Shown: in pieces, positions 49,033 to 58,969 of the stretch
Layout of the letters: each line of letters opens with the position of its first letter
Position numbering within the stretch: position 1 is the stretch's first letter
From: an uncultured bacterium
GTDB lineage: Bacteria; UBP4; UBA4092
DNA length: 64,000 nucleotides
Assembly: GCA_964644695.1 (NCBI GenBank)
Contig: CAZXWN010000001.1
Coordinates: 306,869 to 370,868, forward strand
Direction: 5' to 3'
The notes under the pieces: generated by a model
The model's database searches: none
What the model saw: the letters and a program-made list of their open reading frames with translations, nothing else
Told to the model about the DNA's origin: nothing
Position numbers and translations under genes: made by a program

Positions 49033-51126
49033 TTATTCCTCAATTACTAGACAACTAAAGTCTGCAATTTTATTGAATGAGTTTTCCATCATTTCCAGTA
49101 ATGCTAAACGATTGTTGCGGATAGTATCATCTTTATCCATAACCATTACTTTCTCAAAGAATAAATCAATCGGCGTTCGTAACTTTGCTATTTCTTGTAA
49201 AGCCATCATATAGTTTTTTTCAGAACAGAACCTGTTAATTTCCCCTGTAATAACATTAATTGTTTTAAACAAATTGATTTCCGAAGAATCAATAAAATAT
49301 GATTCATTGGGTTGTCCAAAAGTTTGTGCATTATATTTTTCACGTGCTTGCTTCAAAATATTCATAGTTCGTTTGAATGCAACTGTTAAAGGATTGAAAT
49401 CATCTGAATGTCTAATTGAGTGTAGAGCATCGCAACGAAGCAATGCATCACTGACATTTTTGAAATCTACTGATAAGGTGGCATCAATCGTATCATATGA
49501 ATACTCTTTTTCCGCCATGAATGCTTTTAATCTATTAAGGAAAAAATCAAATACCGCATCATGTCCGGATGAAGCATCAATACCATCTGATACATATAAT
49601 TCAATAGCTTTATCAATGATTTTCTCTAATGAAAGATTCCATTCAGGGTGATTTGCAATAATTCGAATAATACCATTTGCTGATCTTCTTAATGCAAAAG
49701 GATCTTCCGATCCAGTGGGTATCATTCCAATACCAAAACATCCAATGATGGAATCCAATTTATCAGCTATTGATACAATAGAACCAATGAGATTGGATGG
49801 AAGTGGTGATTCAGGACCTTTCGGCAAGTAGTGTTCTTCAATCGCTAAGGCTACTTCTGAATCTTCACCATCGAAGTTTGCATAATGTTTGCCCATTACA
49901 CCTTGTAGCTCAGTGAATTCTTTAACCATTTCAGTGATTAAATCAATTTTTGATAAATGAGCCGCCTTTTGTACATGACCAGTTTCAATAGAGGTTAATC
50001 CAACAAGTTCACCAACAAATTGACTAAGCTGTTCGATTCTCTTGGTTTTTTTGTCATAATTGCCTAGCTTTGCCTGGAATAAAAGACCAGATAGTTTGGG
50101 GAATTTATCTTCCAGCTTATTTTTGGTATCTTCTTTCCAAAAGAAATGTGCATCCGATAGTCTTGCTTCCAAAACCCTTTCATTTCCTTCTTTAATGAAT
50201 CTCTCAGCATTCTTATCAGAATTATGAATTGATATAAAACCAGAGTCTAAGTTTCCATTGTCATTTATTAATGGAAAATACTTTTGATGATGTTTCATTG
50301 ATGTAATTAAAACATCTTGGGGAAGCTTTAAATACTCCGGAGAAAAAGAACCCTGGATAATTGCCGGACATTCAACAAGATTGGTAACTATATCTAAAAG
50401 ATTCTCATCATAATTCCTGGTTTCAGATTTATTAAGCAATTGCCGGATTGAGTCTTTACGTTTGTTATGGTCTGCAATAACAAAGGCCTTTTCCAAAACA
50501 GACAAATATTCCAGTAGGTTTGCGGTTTGCAAAACTATTTGTTCATTTGCCCGGATTTTATGTCCATATGTAATATTAGAAGAGTCCACACCAGCTTTTG
50601 AATAAGTGATTACCTGATCGCCAAATAGTGCCACAATCCAACGGAGAGGCCGAGCATATCTATATTGGGTTGCTTCCCAATACATAGACTTGGGAAAATT
50701 GATTTTAGTTAGTATTTCTTCACATAGATCAGGTAAAAGATCATATGTATTTAATCCCCCGACCATCTTTTTTACAGCAAGATATTCTCCTTTATCTGTC
50801 TGAATCTTAAAGGTATCTTCAATAGCGCAATCTTGATTCCGAGTGAAACCAGTGCCTGCCTTAGACAAAGTTCCATCAGGATTGAATGCTACTTTTGCTG
50901 GGGGACCAATAATTACCTTTTCAGATAAAGCCTGTTTATCCGAAACACTAGATACATGCAGAGTTAATCGACGTGGAGTCGAAAACCCTTTTATATCTTT
51001 AGCTTCCAGTTCATTATTTACGAACCACTTGGAGGCAATATCAACTATTTGTTCTCTTGCAGATGCAATATAGCCGGCAGGAATTTCTTCAGAGCCTAAT
51101 TCGAGTAAAAAATCATGGCTAGACAC
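49033..51126 (-). CDS. glyS: Glycine--tRNA ligase beta subunit
   Basis: FLLELGSEEIP, TPRRL, GNERVLEARLSDA, EFTELQG.MG, TGSEDPFALRR, NRLALL; GTG start with GGAG RBS. Confidence 0.95.
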   Translation of the reverse strand: MSSHDFLLELGSEEIPAGYIASAREQIVDIASKWFVNNELEAKDIKGFSTPRRLTLHVSSVSDKQALSEKVIIGPPAKVAFNPDGTLSKAGTGFTRNQDCAIEDTFKIQTDKGEYLAVKKMVGGLNTYDLLPDLCEEILTKINFPKSMYWEATQYRYARPLRWIVALFGDQVITYSKAGVDSSNITYGHKIRANEQIVLQTANLLEYLSVLEKAFVIADHNKRKDSIRQLLNKSETRNYDENLLDIVTNLVECPAIIQGSFSPEYLKLPQDVLITSMKHHQKYFPLINDNGNLDSGFISIHNSDKNAERFIKEGNERVLEARLSDAHFFWKEDTKNKLEDKFPKLSGLLFQAKLGNYDKKTKRIEQLSQFVGELVGLTSIETGHVQKAAHLSKIDLITEMVKEFTELQGVMGKHYANFDGEDSEVALAIEEHYLPKGPESPLPSNLIGSIVSIADKLDSIIGCFGIGMIPTGSEDPFALRRSANGIIRIIANHPEWNLSLEKIIDKAIELYVSDGIDASSGHDAVFDFFLNRLKAFMAEKEYSYDTIDATLSVDFKNVSDALLRCDALHSIRHSDDFNPLTVAFKRTMNILKQAREKYNAQTFGQPNESYFIDSSEINLFKTINVITGEINRFCSEKNYMMALQEIAKLRTPIDLFFEKVMVMDKDDTIRNNRLALLEMMENSFNKIADFSCLVIEE

Positions 51127-51137
51127 GGGTTTAACTC

Positions 51138-52103
51138 CTATAAATTTTCGTCATAATAAATAACTTGGTATTTTTGTTTTAGATCATTTATCCAATTGTT
51201 GTAAAAAAGTTTTCCTTTTTCAGAAGCTAATTTATCCAGTACATCAACCTTTACTTGATCAAAACTTTTGATTTGACCAAGATGTTTGCTTTCAAGCTTT
51301 AATATGAATAATCCCTGATTAGTTGTAATGATGTTGGAATAGGAACCTTCATTCAAGGTAAAAGCAGTGTCTTCTATCTCGGGAAGTGACTTTAACTGCC
51401 CCCGCAGAACAGGCGGACCAATTTCAATACCGTACTCGCTTTCACTAAACATTTTTGCTATTGATTCAAAATCATTTGTCTTCAAAAGATCATAAGCATC
51501 TTTAGCTTTTTTGTATTTTGCACTTTTTATTTCAGACGTAGTATTGGGGTCGTATTGAATATAAATATAACGAAAGCGTACAGAATCCCCAGTAGAATAG
51601 TCTTTCAGATGATTATTATAATAGCTTTGGGCTTCTTCGAGAGATATGGCAGTAACCTTCGAGTACACATATATATGAAGTAGTTGTAGGACTTGCCATT
51701 GCTCACTCAGCTTTTGTCGATATTCTTTTTCACTTATATTTAGTTCTTTAAGTAATCTTTGAAATTTTTCTTCTCCACCATAAAGTTCTTTTTCTTTTGA
51801 TAACTGAAGTTCAATTTGGTTGGCTTTGGGAACAATCCTTTTTTGAGCGGTTTCATTCATGATCAGTCTGTTTTCAACAATAGTATCTAATACACGCCGC
51901 TTAGCTTCACGGGATGAGAGGCCGACTGTTACTACAGACAATGAAGGCTTCATCATTTCAAGAGATAAATCAGATTGTGTAATAGTAAGATTCCCAACCT
52001 TCGCTAAAATGGTGGAATTATTCTGAGCAGATACTTGGATTGATAAAGATATTGCCAACAAAAAAACAGCTATGAAAATAAACACAGTATGTTTTTTGTA
52101 CAT
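51138..52103 (-). CDS. SurA/PrsA-like parvulin PPIase chaperone
   Basis: Signal peptide, ILAKVGNLTIT, FESIAKMFSE, AFTLNEGSYSNIITTNQGLFILK. Confidence 0.85.
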   Translation of the reverse strand: MYKKHTVFIFIAVFLLAISLSIQVSAQNNSTILAKVGNLTITQSDLSLEMMKPSLSVVTVGLSSREAKRRVLDTIVENRLIMNETAQKRIVPKANQIELQLSKEKELYGGEEKFQRLLKELNISEKEYRQKLSEQWQVLQLLHIYVYSKVTAISLEEAQSYYNNHLKDYSTGDSVRFRYIYIQYDPNTTSEIKSAKYKKAKDAYDLLKTNDFESIAKMFSESEYGIEIGPPVLRGQLKSLPEIEDTAFTLNEGSYSNIITTNQGLFILKLESKHLGQIKSFDQVKVDVLDKLASEKGKLFYNNWINDLKQKYQVIYYDENL

Positions 52104-52109
52104 TCGTAA

Positions 52110-53504
52110 TTACTCCGTTTGAATAAAATCATGAGGATCAATATTGTAACTCTGCAGTTTATCTTTGAAGTTATTTCTGTCCATGTCTGCCATCTGTGCT
52201 GCCTGGGATATATTTCCATGCGTAGTGCTTAATAAATCACTAAAATACTGTTTTTCAAAGCTTTCCAATAATAACTTTTTTGCATCACGGTAAGGAATAT
52301 TGTAAAAATGATCCTTATCAGAACTGGAATTATTATTACCCGGCATGGTGTAGTTGAAATCATTCAATCCCAACTCATTATTCAAACATAATACCACAGC
52401 ACGCTCTATAAGATTTTCCAGTTCACGAACATTTCCTGGATAATCATATTGTTGCAGAAATGTTATGGCATCGGGTTTGATTCTATTAATTGCTTTACCG
52501 CACTCTTGAGAATACTTGTTTATGAAGTGTTGTATTAAATCAGGGATATCTTCAGGGCGTTCTCTCAAAGGAGGAATATTAATCGGAACAACATTCAACC
52601 GAAAATAGAGGTCTGATCGAAATGTTCCTTCTTTAACCAGTTTTTTTAGCGGTCGATTTGTCGCTGCAATAATACGGACATCGGCTTTTTTAACATGAGT
52701 ACCCCCAACGGGTTCAAATTCCTTTTCCTGTAAAACCCGAAGTATTTTACCCTGCAAAGATAAACTCATATCCCCAATCTCATCAAGGAAAAGAGTTCCA
52801 CCTTCAGCTAATTCAAATTTTCCCGGTTTAGTATAAGTGGCATCAGTAAAAGCACCTTTGACATGTCCAAATAATTCGCTTTCAAGAAGTGTGTCAGGAA
52901 TTGCCACACAATTGACTTTTATCATTGGTTTATCACGACGAGGACTGTTGTCATGAATGGCTCTGGCAACTAATTCCTTACCTGTACCGCTTTCACCCGT
53001 GATGAGAACTGTACTAAATGTTGGTGCTACTCTTCTAATCAATTCAAAAACACTTTTTATTGCTGGACTGTGTCCAATAAAATTCTTAAATGGATGTGTT
53101 TGATCTATTTCATCTCGAAGATATGCAATTTGTCTTTGCAGCCGGTTCATTTCCAGTGCTTTTTTTACTAATAAGACAACCTCATCATTTTCATATGGTT
53201 TCTTTAAGTAATTAAAAGCACCTTCTCTCATGGCTTCAATGACATCGTCCACCGTCGCATGTGCTGTAATCATCATCACAGGAAGAAGTGGATTCATTTT
53301 TTTTATGTGATGCAGCAAGTCCAAGCCTGTCATCTTAGGCATTCGGACATCGGATATGACCAAATCAAAATCTTCCTGCTGGAGTAGGTCCAGAGCTTCC
53401 TGTCCGTTAGATGCTGTCAGAATTTGATAGCCTTCAAACTCTAAGAGCATTTTTATCGAGCCGCGGACATGTTCTTCATCATCAACGATAAGGATCTTCG
53501 CCAT
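52110..53504 (-). CDS. Sigma54-dependent response regulator (NtrC/AtoC family)
   Basis: Receiver (ILIVDDE, SDVRMP), GESGTGKE, ESELFGHVKGAFTDA, FLDEIGD, PGNVRELEN, C-terminal HTH. Confidence 0.94.
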   Translation of the reverse strand: MAKILIVDDEEHVRGSIKMLLEFEGYQILTASNGQEALDLLQQEDFDLVISDVRMPKMTGLDLLHHIKKMNPLLPVMMITAHATVDDVIEAMREGAFNYLKKPYENDEVVLLVKKALEMNRLQRQIAYLRDEIDQTHPFKNFIGHSPAIKSVFELIRRVAPTFSTVLITGESGTGKELVARAIHDNSPRRDKPMIKVNCVAIPDTLLESELFGHVKGAFTDATYTKPGKFELAEGGTLFLDEIGDMSLSLQGKILRVLQEKEFEPVGGTHVKKADVRIIAATNRPLKKLVKEGTFRSDLYFRLNVVPINIPPLRERPEDIPDLIQHFINKYSQECGKAINRIKPDAITFLQQYDYPGNVRELENLIERAVVLCLNNELGLNDFNYTMPGNNNSSSDKDHFYNIPYRDAKKLLLESFEKQYFSDLLSTTHGNISQAAQMADMDRNNFKDKLQSYNIDPHDFIQTE

Positions 53505-55234
53505 TATGAAATACTCCTGAATTTATCTACTAAAGGGAGGTAAAGAGTAAAAGTTGTCCCTTCACCAGGTACACTGTCAACCTTAATTCTTCCATGGTGA
53601 TTTTCAATGATCTGATTGGCTACGGATAATCCAAGCCCCGTTCCTTCATCTCTGGTTGTAAAAAACGGGTCAAATATTTTTTTAAGAACATCTTCAGATA
53701 TTCCGGGCCCCTGATCTTTTACAGCAATTCCAATCATATGGTTGTTTACATTATCAGCAAAACTGATTTTCAATGTGCCACCTTCACTCATTGCCTGGCA
53801 TCCATTTAACACCAGGTTTAAGAGTACTTGTTGCAGTTGATTCGGATCTGCAGCAATCATCCCCTTAGGATTTGAGTCAGGAACTTCAAAATGGTAATTT
53901 TCTGAAGAAAACTGTGTTTGTGCCAATTGAATAGTCCTATGAATTACATCAAGAGGATCTACTTCTTTAATCTGAGGTTCTCTCGGTCGTGCGAAATCAA
54001 GAAATTCCTGGATAAAATCATTAAGACGATTTACTTCATCAATAATGATTTTAATGATGGATAATTCCTTTTCACCCTTCAAAAAACGATCTCTCAGAAT
54101 GGCTGCATAACTTTTGATTGACCCCAAGGGGTTTCTGATTTCATGCGCAACACCTGCTGAGAGTTTTCCTAAAGAAGCCAGTTTTTCTTGACGATTCAAT
54201 TGCTGTTCAAGTTCTCGCATTTCTTTGAGCTTAAAAGCCATTTGATTGTATGAATGGGCCAGGTTTTGTATTTCATCGCCAGATTTTATTTTTATCTGAT
54301 AGTCAAGATTTCCTTTAGATACTTCATCCACGCCTTTGGACAATTCCTGAACTGGCTTAGATATTGAGCGAGCAATAATAAGTCCTAAAATGATAGCTAC
54401 AATTGCGCTGACACCCACCATGAGACCATAAAATGAATATTTGTATTTACTCCACACTTCCCCCACAGTAGAGCGGGGTATCCCTAAAAAGATAGCGCCA
54501 ATGACATTATCTTTTTTGTCTTTAAGTGGTTTCACTATAACTTGAAAGGGGACATTACTGACCAGTAATCTTTCTGTACGGAAAGTTGTCTTCTGATCAA
54601 GAACTACAGTATTCATTCTTTGACTGGCTGGGTCTTTAGGATTTACCTTAAAGGGAGGTTCAAGCAGAGATGCCTGAACATTAGGTATAAAGCCTGGGAT
54701 AGCATCAACCATACCGTCTTTTACCCAAGCACCTACTTTAACTCCACCAAGAATTTTACCCTGTTGTCTAATGACACCAATTGATGAAACCATGACTCCA
54801 ACGGTTTGGGTTTGAGTCGTTGTAATTGTATATCCTTGCCAAACAGGATTTGCTTTTTCAATTAATACCTTTTTGTCAGGCACATAATCTTTAAGTTGTT
54901 GCGGTGATAATAATTCAATATCATTCACACGCTTATCAGTTTTTTTGAGAGTTTCTCCATACTCCTGCATTCGCTTAATTAATGCAGCGCTGTTCCATTG
55001 GGCGACATTCTTGATAATGATTTTATCTTCAGCCAGGATGGTTGATGGAATAGCCGTTCTTGATGTTAATGAAGAATATTGTTTATCAACAAGATTTATT
55101 GCATTATCTAGCTGGTTGTGAGCTTCAAGATTCAACCATTTTTCATTCAAATTTATAGTCAAATATACCGAAGCCAACATTGGAAGCGTTCCAACCACAA
55201 GAAAGGCCAATATCAATTTTGTTTGAATTTTCAT
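53504..55234 (-). CDS. Sensor histidine kinase (periplasmic sensor, HAMP, HisKA, HATPase)
   Basis: Two TMs, HAMP, AHEIRNPL, QQVLLNL..N, DQGPGI, FFTT..GTGLGL; start placed at MKIQTK. Confidence 0.92.
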   Translation of the reverse strand: MKIQTKLILAFLVVGTLPMLASVYLTINLNEKWLNLEAHNQLDNAINLVDKQYSSLTSRTAIPSTILAEDKIIIKNVAQWNSAALIKRMQEYGETLKKTDKRVNDIELLSPQQLKDYVPDKKVLIEKANPVWQGYTITTTQTQTVGVMVSSIGVIRQQGKILGGVKVGAWVKDGMVDAIPGFIPNVQASLLEPPFKVNPKDPASQRMNTVVLDQKTTFRTERLLVSNVPFQVIVKPLKDKKDNVIGAIFLGIPRSTVGEVWSKYKYSFYGLMVGVSAIVAIILGLIIARSISKPVQELSKGVDEVSKGNLDYQIKIKSGDEIQNLAHSYNQMAFKLKEMRELEQQLNRQEKLASLGKLSAGVAHEIRNPLGSIKSYAAILRDRFLKGEKELSIIKIIIDEVNRLNDFIQEFLDFARPREPQIKEVDPLDVIHRTIQLAQTQFSSENYHFEVPDSNPKGMIAADPNQLQQVLLNLVLNGCQAMSEGGTLKISFADNVNNHMIGIAVKDQGPGISEDVLKKIFDPFFTTRDEGTGLGLSVANQIIENHHGRIKVDSVPGEGTTFTLYLPLVDKFRSIS

Positions 55235-55245
55235 AATTAGTCTTG

Positions 55246-56127
55246 TTAGACTCCCCAATTTAACTTAGTCTGGAGAATTTGAAAATAAGTCCTATTGGTA
55301 GATATTAGTTTAATACTCTGTGAGGATTTCTGTACGATGACACGATCGTGTGGCTGAAGATGTAAACCTTCTTGTCCATCCAGTGTTAAATAAGTTTCAT
55401 TCTGAGGAGTGGCTATCTCAATTTCAACAACATCAGAGCCATTAATAATCAATGGCCGGTTACTTAAGGTGTGGGGGCATAATGGGGAAATGATGAGTGC
55501 GTCCATTGTGGGATAGACAATAGGACCCCCTGCAGATAATGAATGTCCAGTGGATCCTGTTGGCGTGGAAATAATGAGTCCGTCGGCACGATATTCATTA
55601 ACTAACTGTTGATTGATGTGGATCCGAAGTTTAATGATACGAGAAAGAGTATCCCTGGAAATGACTACATCATTTAATGCCTGTTGCTTCCAAACTGTGT
55701 GTAAATCATCATTATCTGAAGCTTTTCTCAGAATCGAAGCCTCCATCATAATGCGATTATCACATTCATATTCGTTGGCCAGGATGCTCTCCAGCTTATG
55801 ATAGAGTTCTCCCACAGAAGTGTTTACTAAAAAGCCCAAAGTGCCAAAATTAACTCCCAAAACAGGACAAGAGCCATAGGCTTTTTTTCTGGCACCCCAT
55901 AACAATGTGCCATCACCACCCAGAACAATAATCAAATCGGAGTCCTGATGTAACTTTTCAATTTCTGTTAATTGATAAGGCTGGGGGACAAATCCCTTTA
56001 ACTCATCCGTGACAATAACCTGACATTGTTTATCTGTAAGCCATTGACAAAGCCGCTGAATTTCCAAAAGAGCATTTGGCTTTTTCAGATTAGCGATAAT
56101 ACCGATGCGTTTGGCAGAGTTACTCAT
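55246..56127 (-). CDS. nadK: NAD kinase
   Basis: LGGDGTLL, GVNFGTLGFL, ALNDVV, DGLIISTPTGSTGHSLSAGGP. Confidence 0.96.
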   Translation of the reverse strand: MSNSAKRIGIIANLKKPNALLEIQRLCQWLTDKQCQVIVTDELKGFVPQPYQLTEIEKLHQDSDLIIVLGGDGTLLWGARKKAYGSCPVLGVNFGTLGFLVNTSVGELYHKLESILANEYECDNRIMMEASILRKASDNDDLHTVWKQQALNDVVISRDTLSRIIKLRIHINQQLVNEYRADGLIISTPTGSTGHSLSAGGPIVYPTMDALIISPLCPHTLSNRPLIINGSDVVEIEIATPQNETYLTLDGQEGLHLQPHDRVIVQKSSQSIKLISTNRTYFQILQTKLNWGV

Positions 56128-56155
56128 TTAACAAGCATCCTTTTGGATAAAAACA

Positions 56156-56908
56156 TTAAGGTTTTTGAGCCCAAACTAAAAATTCGATATTCCCAGCCGG
56201 TCCATGGATCGGGGATTCCATGTTCCCATGGACAATAAAACCCGTCTTATTCAAAAAATCCAGAATATCATCTAAAACAGCTTGCCTTACATCAGGGTCA
56301 CGAACAACCCCAGAACCTTTACTGATTTCTTTTCGTCCCGCTTCAAATTGGGGCTTTACTAATGTTATTAATGTACCACCAGATTTTAAAATTGAGTATA
56401 TATTGGGAAGGATCAGTTTAATAGAAATAAATGATACATCCATAACAACCATGTCCAATGGTTCAGGGATGTGTTCATCGGATAAGAACCGGGCGTTGAG
56501 TTTTTCCAGGACAACCACTCGTTCATCTTGTCTTAGATTGATATCCAGTTGACCGTATCCCACATCTACGGAATAGACCCGTTTTGCGCCAGTCTGTAAC
56601 AGACAATCGGTAAAGCCACCCGTGGAAGCGCCAATGTCTCCGCAAATCAAGTCCTTAGGGGAAACTGGAAATCTCTCAAGAGCCGCTTGTAATTTAAGAC
56701 CACCCCGACTGACAAAAGGTAATGTGTTTCCTTTGATTTCGATTACTGCATCTTGAGCAACCGGTTCACCCGATTTATCTATCTTGTTTCCATTGACATA
56801 GACAATCCCAGATAGAATTAACGCTTGGGCTTTTGTTCTGGAATCACAAAGTCCCAATTCGCACATTCTTTTATCGAGTCTATCTTTTCGGTTGGATTGA
56901 GGTTTCAC
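56156..56908 (-). CDS. tlyA: TlyA-family rRNA 2'-O-methyltransferase
   Basis: S4 domain, FVSRGGLKL, DIGASTGGFTDCLLQ, DVSFIS, LVKPQFE, GNIEFL. Confidence 0.94.
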   Translation of the reverse strand: MKPQSNRKDRLDKRMCELGLCDSRTKAQALILSGIVYVNGNKIDKSGEPVAQDAVIEIKGNTLPFVSRGGLKLQAALERFPVSPKDLICGDIGASTGGFTDCLLQTGAKRVYSVDVGYGQLDINLRQDERVVVLEKLNARFLSDEHIPEPLDMVVMDVSFISIKLILPNIYSILKSGGTLITLVKPQFEAGRKEISKGSGVVRDPDVRQAVLDDILDFLNKTGFIVHGNMESPIHGPAGNIEFLVWAQKP

Positions 56909-56977
56909 TGTTGTATCTCATTTTATCACAAGGTATCACGCGTTATTGAAAGACAAATTGATATGAAATTATGGGGA

Positions 56978-57017
56978 AATGGACATCGAACAAGATCGAT
57001 CTCGTTCGATGTCCATT
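56978..57017. repeat. Dispersed palindrome, copy 4 (40 bp, 1 mismatch)
   Basis: AATGGACATCGAACAAGATC|GATCTCGTTCGATGTCCATT in the divergent tlyA / leu leader region, 23 bp upstream of the -35 box. Confidence 0.9.
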
Positions 57018-57040
57018 CGATGGATGTGAAGGATAAGGTG

Positions 57041-57069
57041 TTGACAAGTAAATCCTTTTCATGGAGAAT
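57041..57069 (+). promoter_or_regulatory. Sigma70-type promoter of the leu leader
   Basis: TTGACA (57041-57046), 17-bp spacer, GAGAAT (57064-57069), directly upstream of the T-box stem I. Confidence 0.7.
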
Positions 57070-57075
57070 GAATTT

Positions 57076-57363
57076 AAGACAATGAAGAGGAGTAGTAAGT
57101 CTTTATTCAGACTCATGAGAGAACCGGGTTAGGTGAGAGCCGGTAGCTGAAAAGACTGAACTCGCCTTGGAGTCGCGTGAACGAACAACACATGTTGATA
57201 GACATGAAAGTAGTTTACGACGGGTTCGACCGTAATATCGTTTAACAAGTCTTTTCCAGAGAGTGTGGAAGAGAAAAGCAGGGTGGTACCACGGGCTACT
57301 GTTAAAACCGCAGTATTTCGTCCCTGGCCGACTCAATAATGTTGGCCAGGGACTTTTTGTTTT
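57076..57363 (+). ncRNA. T-box riboswitch, leucine-specific (specifier CTC), with terminator
   Basis: AGTA and GGTGAGAG stem I elements; GAA-CTC specifier at 57161-57163; T-box AAAGCAGGGTGGTACCACGG (57275-57294); terminator GTCCCTGGCCGAC / GTTGGCCAGGGAC plus T-run (57320-57363); upstream of leuA. Confidence 0.92.
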
Positions 57364-57409
57364 AACACCCCGGCTCTGACCGGGTAAAACCATATAGGAG
57401 GTACCAACC

Positions 57410-58969
57410 ATGTCCGAACGAGTTTTTATTTTCGATACTACATTACGCGATGGGGAACAATCCCCGGGTGCATCACTAAACATGTCTGAAAAGGTAGAGA
57501 TAGCACTTCGACTGGCTCGTCTGGGTGTGGATGTTATCGAAGCCGGTTTTCCTATCAGTTCACCGGGTGATTTTGATGCTGTAAAACTCATATCTGAACG
57601 CGTAAAAGGGCCTATCATTTGCGGATTGGCACGGGCCAAGGATGTTGATATTGACCGTGCTGGTGAAGCATTGAAGCCTGCAGCAAAGAAACGGATCCAT
57701 ACTTTCATCGCAACCAGTGATATTCATATGGAAAAAAAGCTCCGTATGAGTAAAGAACAGGTTATTGAGATGGCCGTAAAGGCTGTTAAACGTGCGCGTC
57801 AATGGACTGATGATGTTGAGTTTTCGCCGGAAGATGCTTCCAGAACAGATATCAATTATATGTGTGATGTTATTGAAGCCGCGATTGATGCCGGTGCTAC
57901 GACCGTTAATGTTCCTGATACCGTAGGTTATAGTAATCCCTGGGAATATGGTGATCGTATTGAATACATCCGCAAAAAAGTACCCAATATCAATAAGGCC
58001 ATCATCAGCGTTCATTGCCATAATGATTTAGGGTTGGCCGTTGCCAATTCTTTGTCAGGAATAATCCATGGTGCACGTCAGGTGGAATGTACGGTCAATG
58101 GAATCGGTGAGCGTGCAGGAAATGCTTCTTTGGAAGAAATCGTTATGGCTTTGAAGTGTCGTAAGGACTTCTTCCAATATGAAACAGGGATTAAGACGGA
58201 AGAACTTTATCGCATAAGCCGTATGGTTAGCACCATGACAGGTTTACCGGTTCAACCCAACAAGGCAATTGTAGGGGGTAATGCATTTGCTCATGAAGCC
58301 GGGATACATCAGGATGGTGTATTAAAAGAACGGACTACCTATGAGATTATGCGTGCAGAAGATGTGGGTTGGGTTGGTACTTCAATGGTTATGGGGAAAC
58401 ACTCCGGCCGTCATGCTTTCAAGGAACGCTTGGAACAATTGGGCTACAACGATTTATCTGAAGAACAGATAAACAAGAGTTTTGAAGGCTTTAAAGTTCT
58501 CTGCGACAAGAAAAAAGTCGTTTATGATGAAGATTTAGTCTCTCTTGTTGAAGAAGAAAAACTCCATATCCCAGAAGTGTTTGCTTTGAAATCAGTCTAT
58601 GCGGTCAGCAGTACCAATGAAGCCCCGCATGCGATTGTCGTTCTGACAAAAGATGGTCAGGAATTCCACGGTGAGGGGAATGGTGATGGTCCCGTTGATG
58701 CAATCTATGACATCATTCAGAAACTCACGGATGACCGCAGCCAGTTGGTCAATTACGCAATTCAAGCAACAACCCAGGGTACTGACTCTCTCGGTGCTGC
58801 TACTGTCACACTTCAGGAAAATGGCCTGACAGTCACTGGACGTGGATCTAACACTGACATTGTTGTTGCCTCAGCATTGGCTTATATAAATGCGATTAAT
58901 CGATTGCTGTTTTTTAAGAATTTGAATGTAACTAAGAACAAACCTTCAAGAACAGAACAAATAGTTTAG
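57410..58969 (+). CDS. leuA: 2-isopropylmalate synthase
   Basis: IFDTTLRDGEQSPG, HCHNDLGLAVAN, NGIGERAGNA, FAHEAGIHQDG, GKHSGRHA, regulatory domain; AGGAGG RBS. Confidence 0.96.
   Translation: MSERVFIFDTTLRDGEQSPGASLNMSEKVEIALRLARLGVDVIEAGFPISSPGDFDAVKLISERVKGPIICGLARAKDVDIDRAGEALKPAAKKRIHTFIATSDIHMEKKLRMSKEQVIEMAVKAVKRARQWTDDVEFSPEDASRTDINYMCDVIEAAIDAGATTVNVPDTVGYSNPWEYGDRIEYIRKKVPNINKAIISVHCHNDLGLAVANSLSGIIHGARQVECTVNGIGERAGNASLEEIVMALKCRKDFFQYETGIKTEELYRISRMVSTMTGLPVQPNKAIVGGNAFAHEAGIHQDGVLKERTTYEIMRAEDVGWVGTSMVMGKHSGRHAFKERLEQLGYNDLSEEQINKSFEGFKVLCDKKKVVYDEDLVSLVEEEKLHIPEVFALKSVYAVSSTNEAPHAIVVLTKDGQEFHGEGNGDGPVDAIYDIIQKLTDDRSQLVNYAIQATTQGTDSLGAATVTLQENGLTVTGRGSNTDIVVASALAYINAINRLLFFKNLNVTKNKPSRTEQIV

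Noticed and set aside
8216-57017. Palindrome copies as CRISPR repeats
   Set aside because: They are single copies about 14-19 kb apart, with no repeat-spacer array and no cas genes.
57103-57708. 201-aa minus-strand ORF
   Set aside because: It is antisense to the T-box leader and leuA; a shadow ORF.
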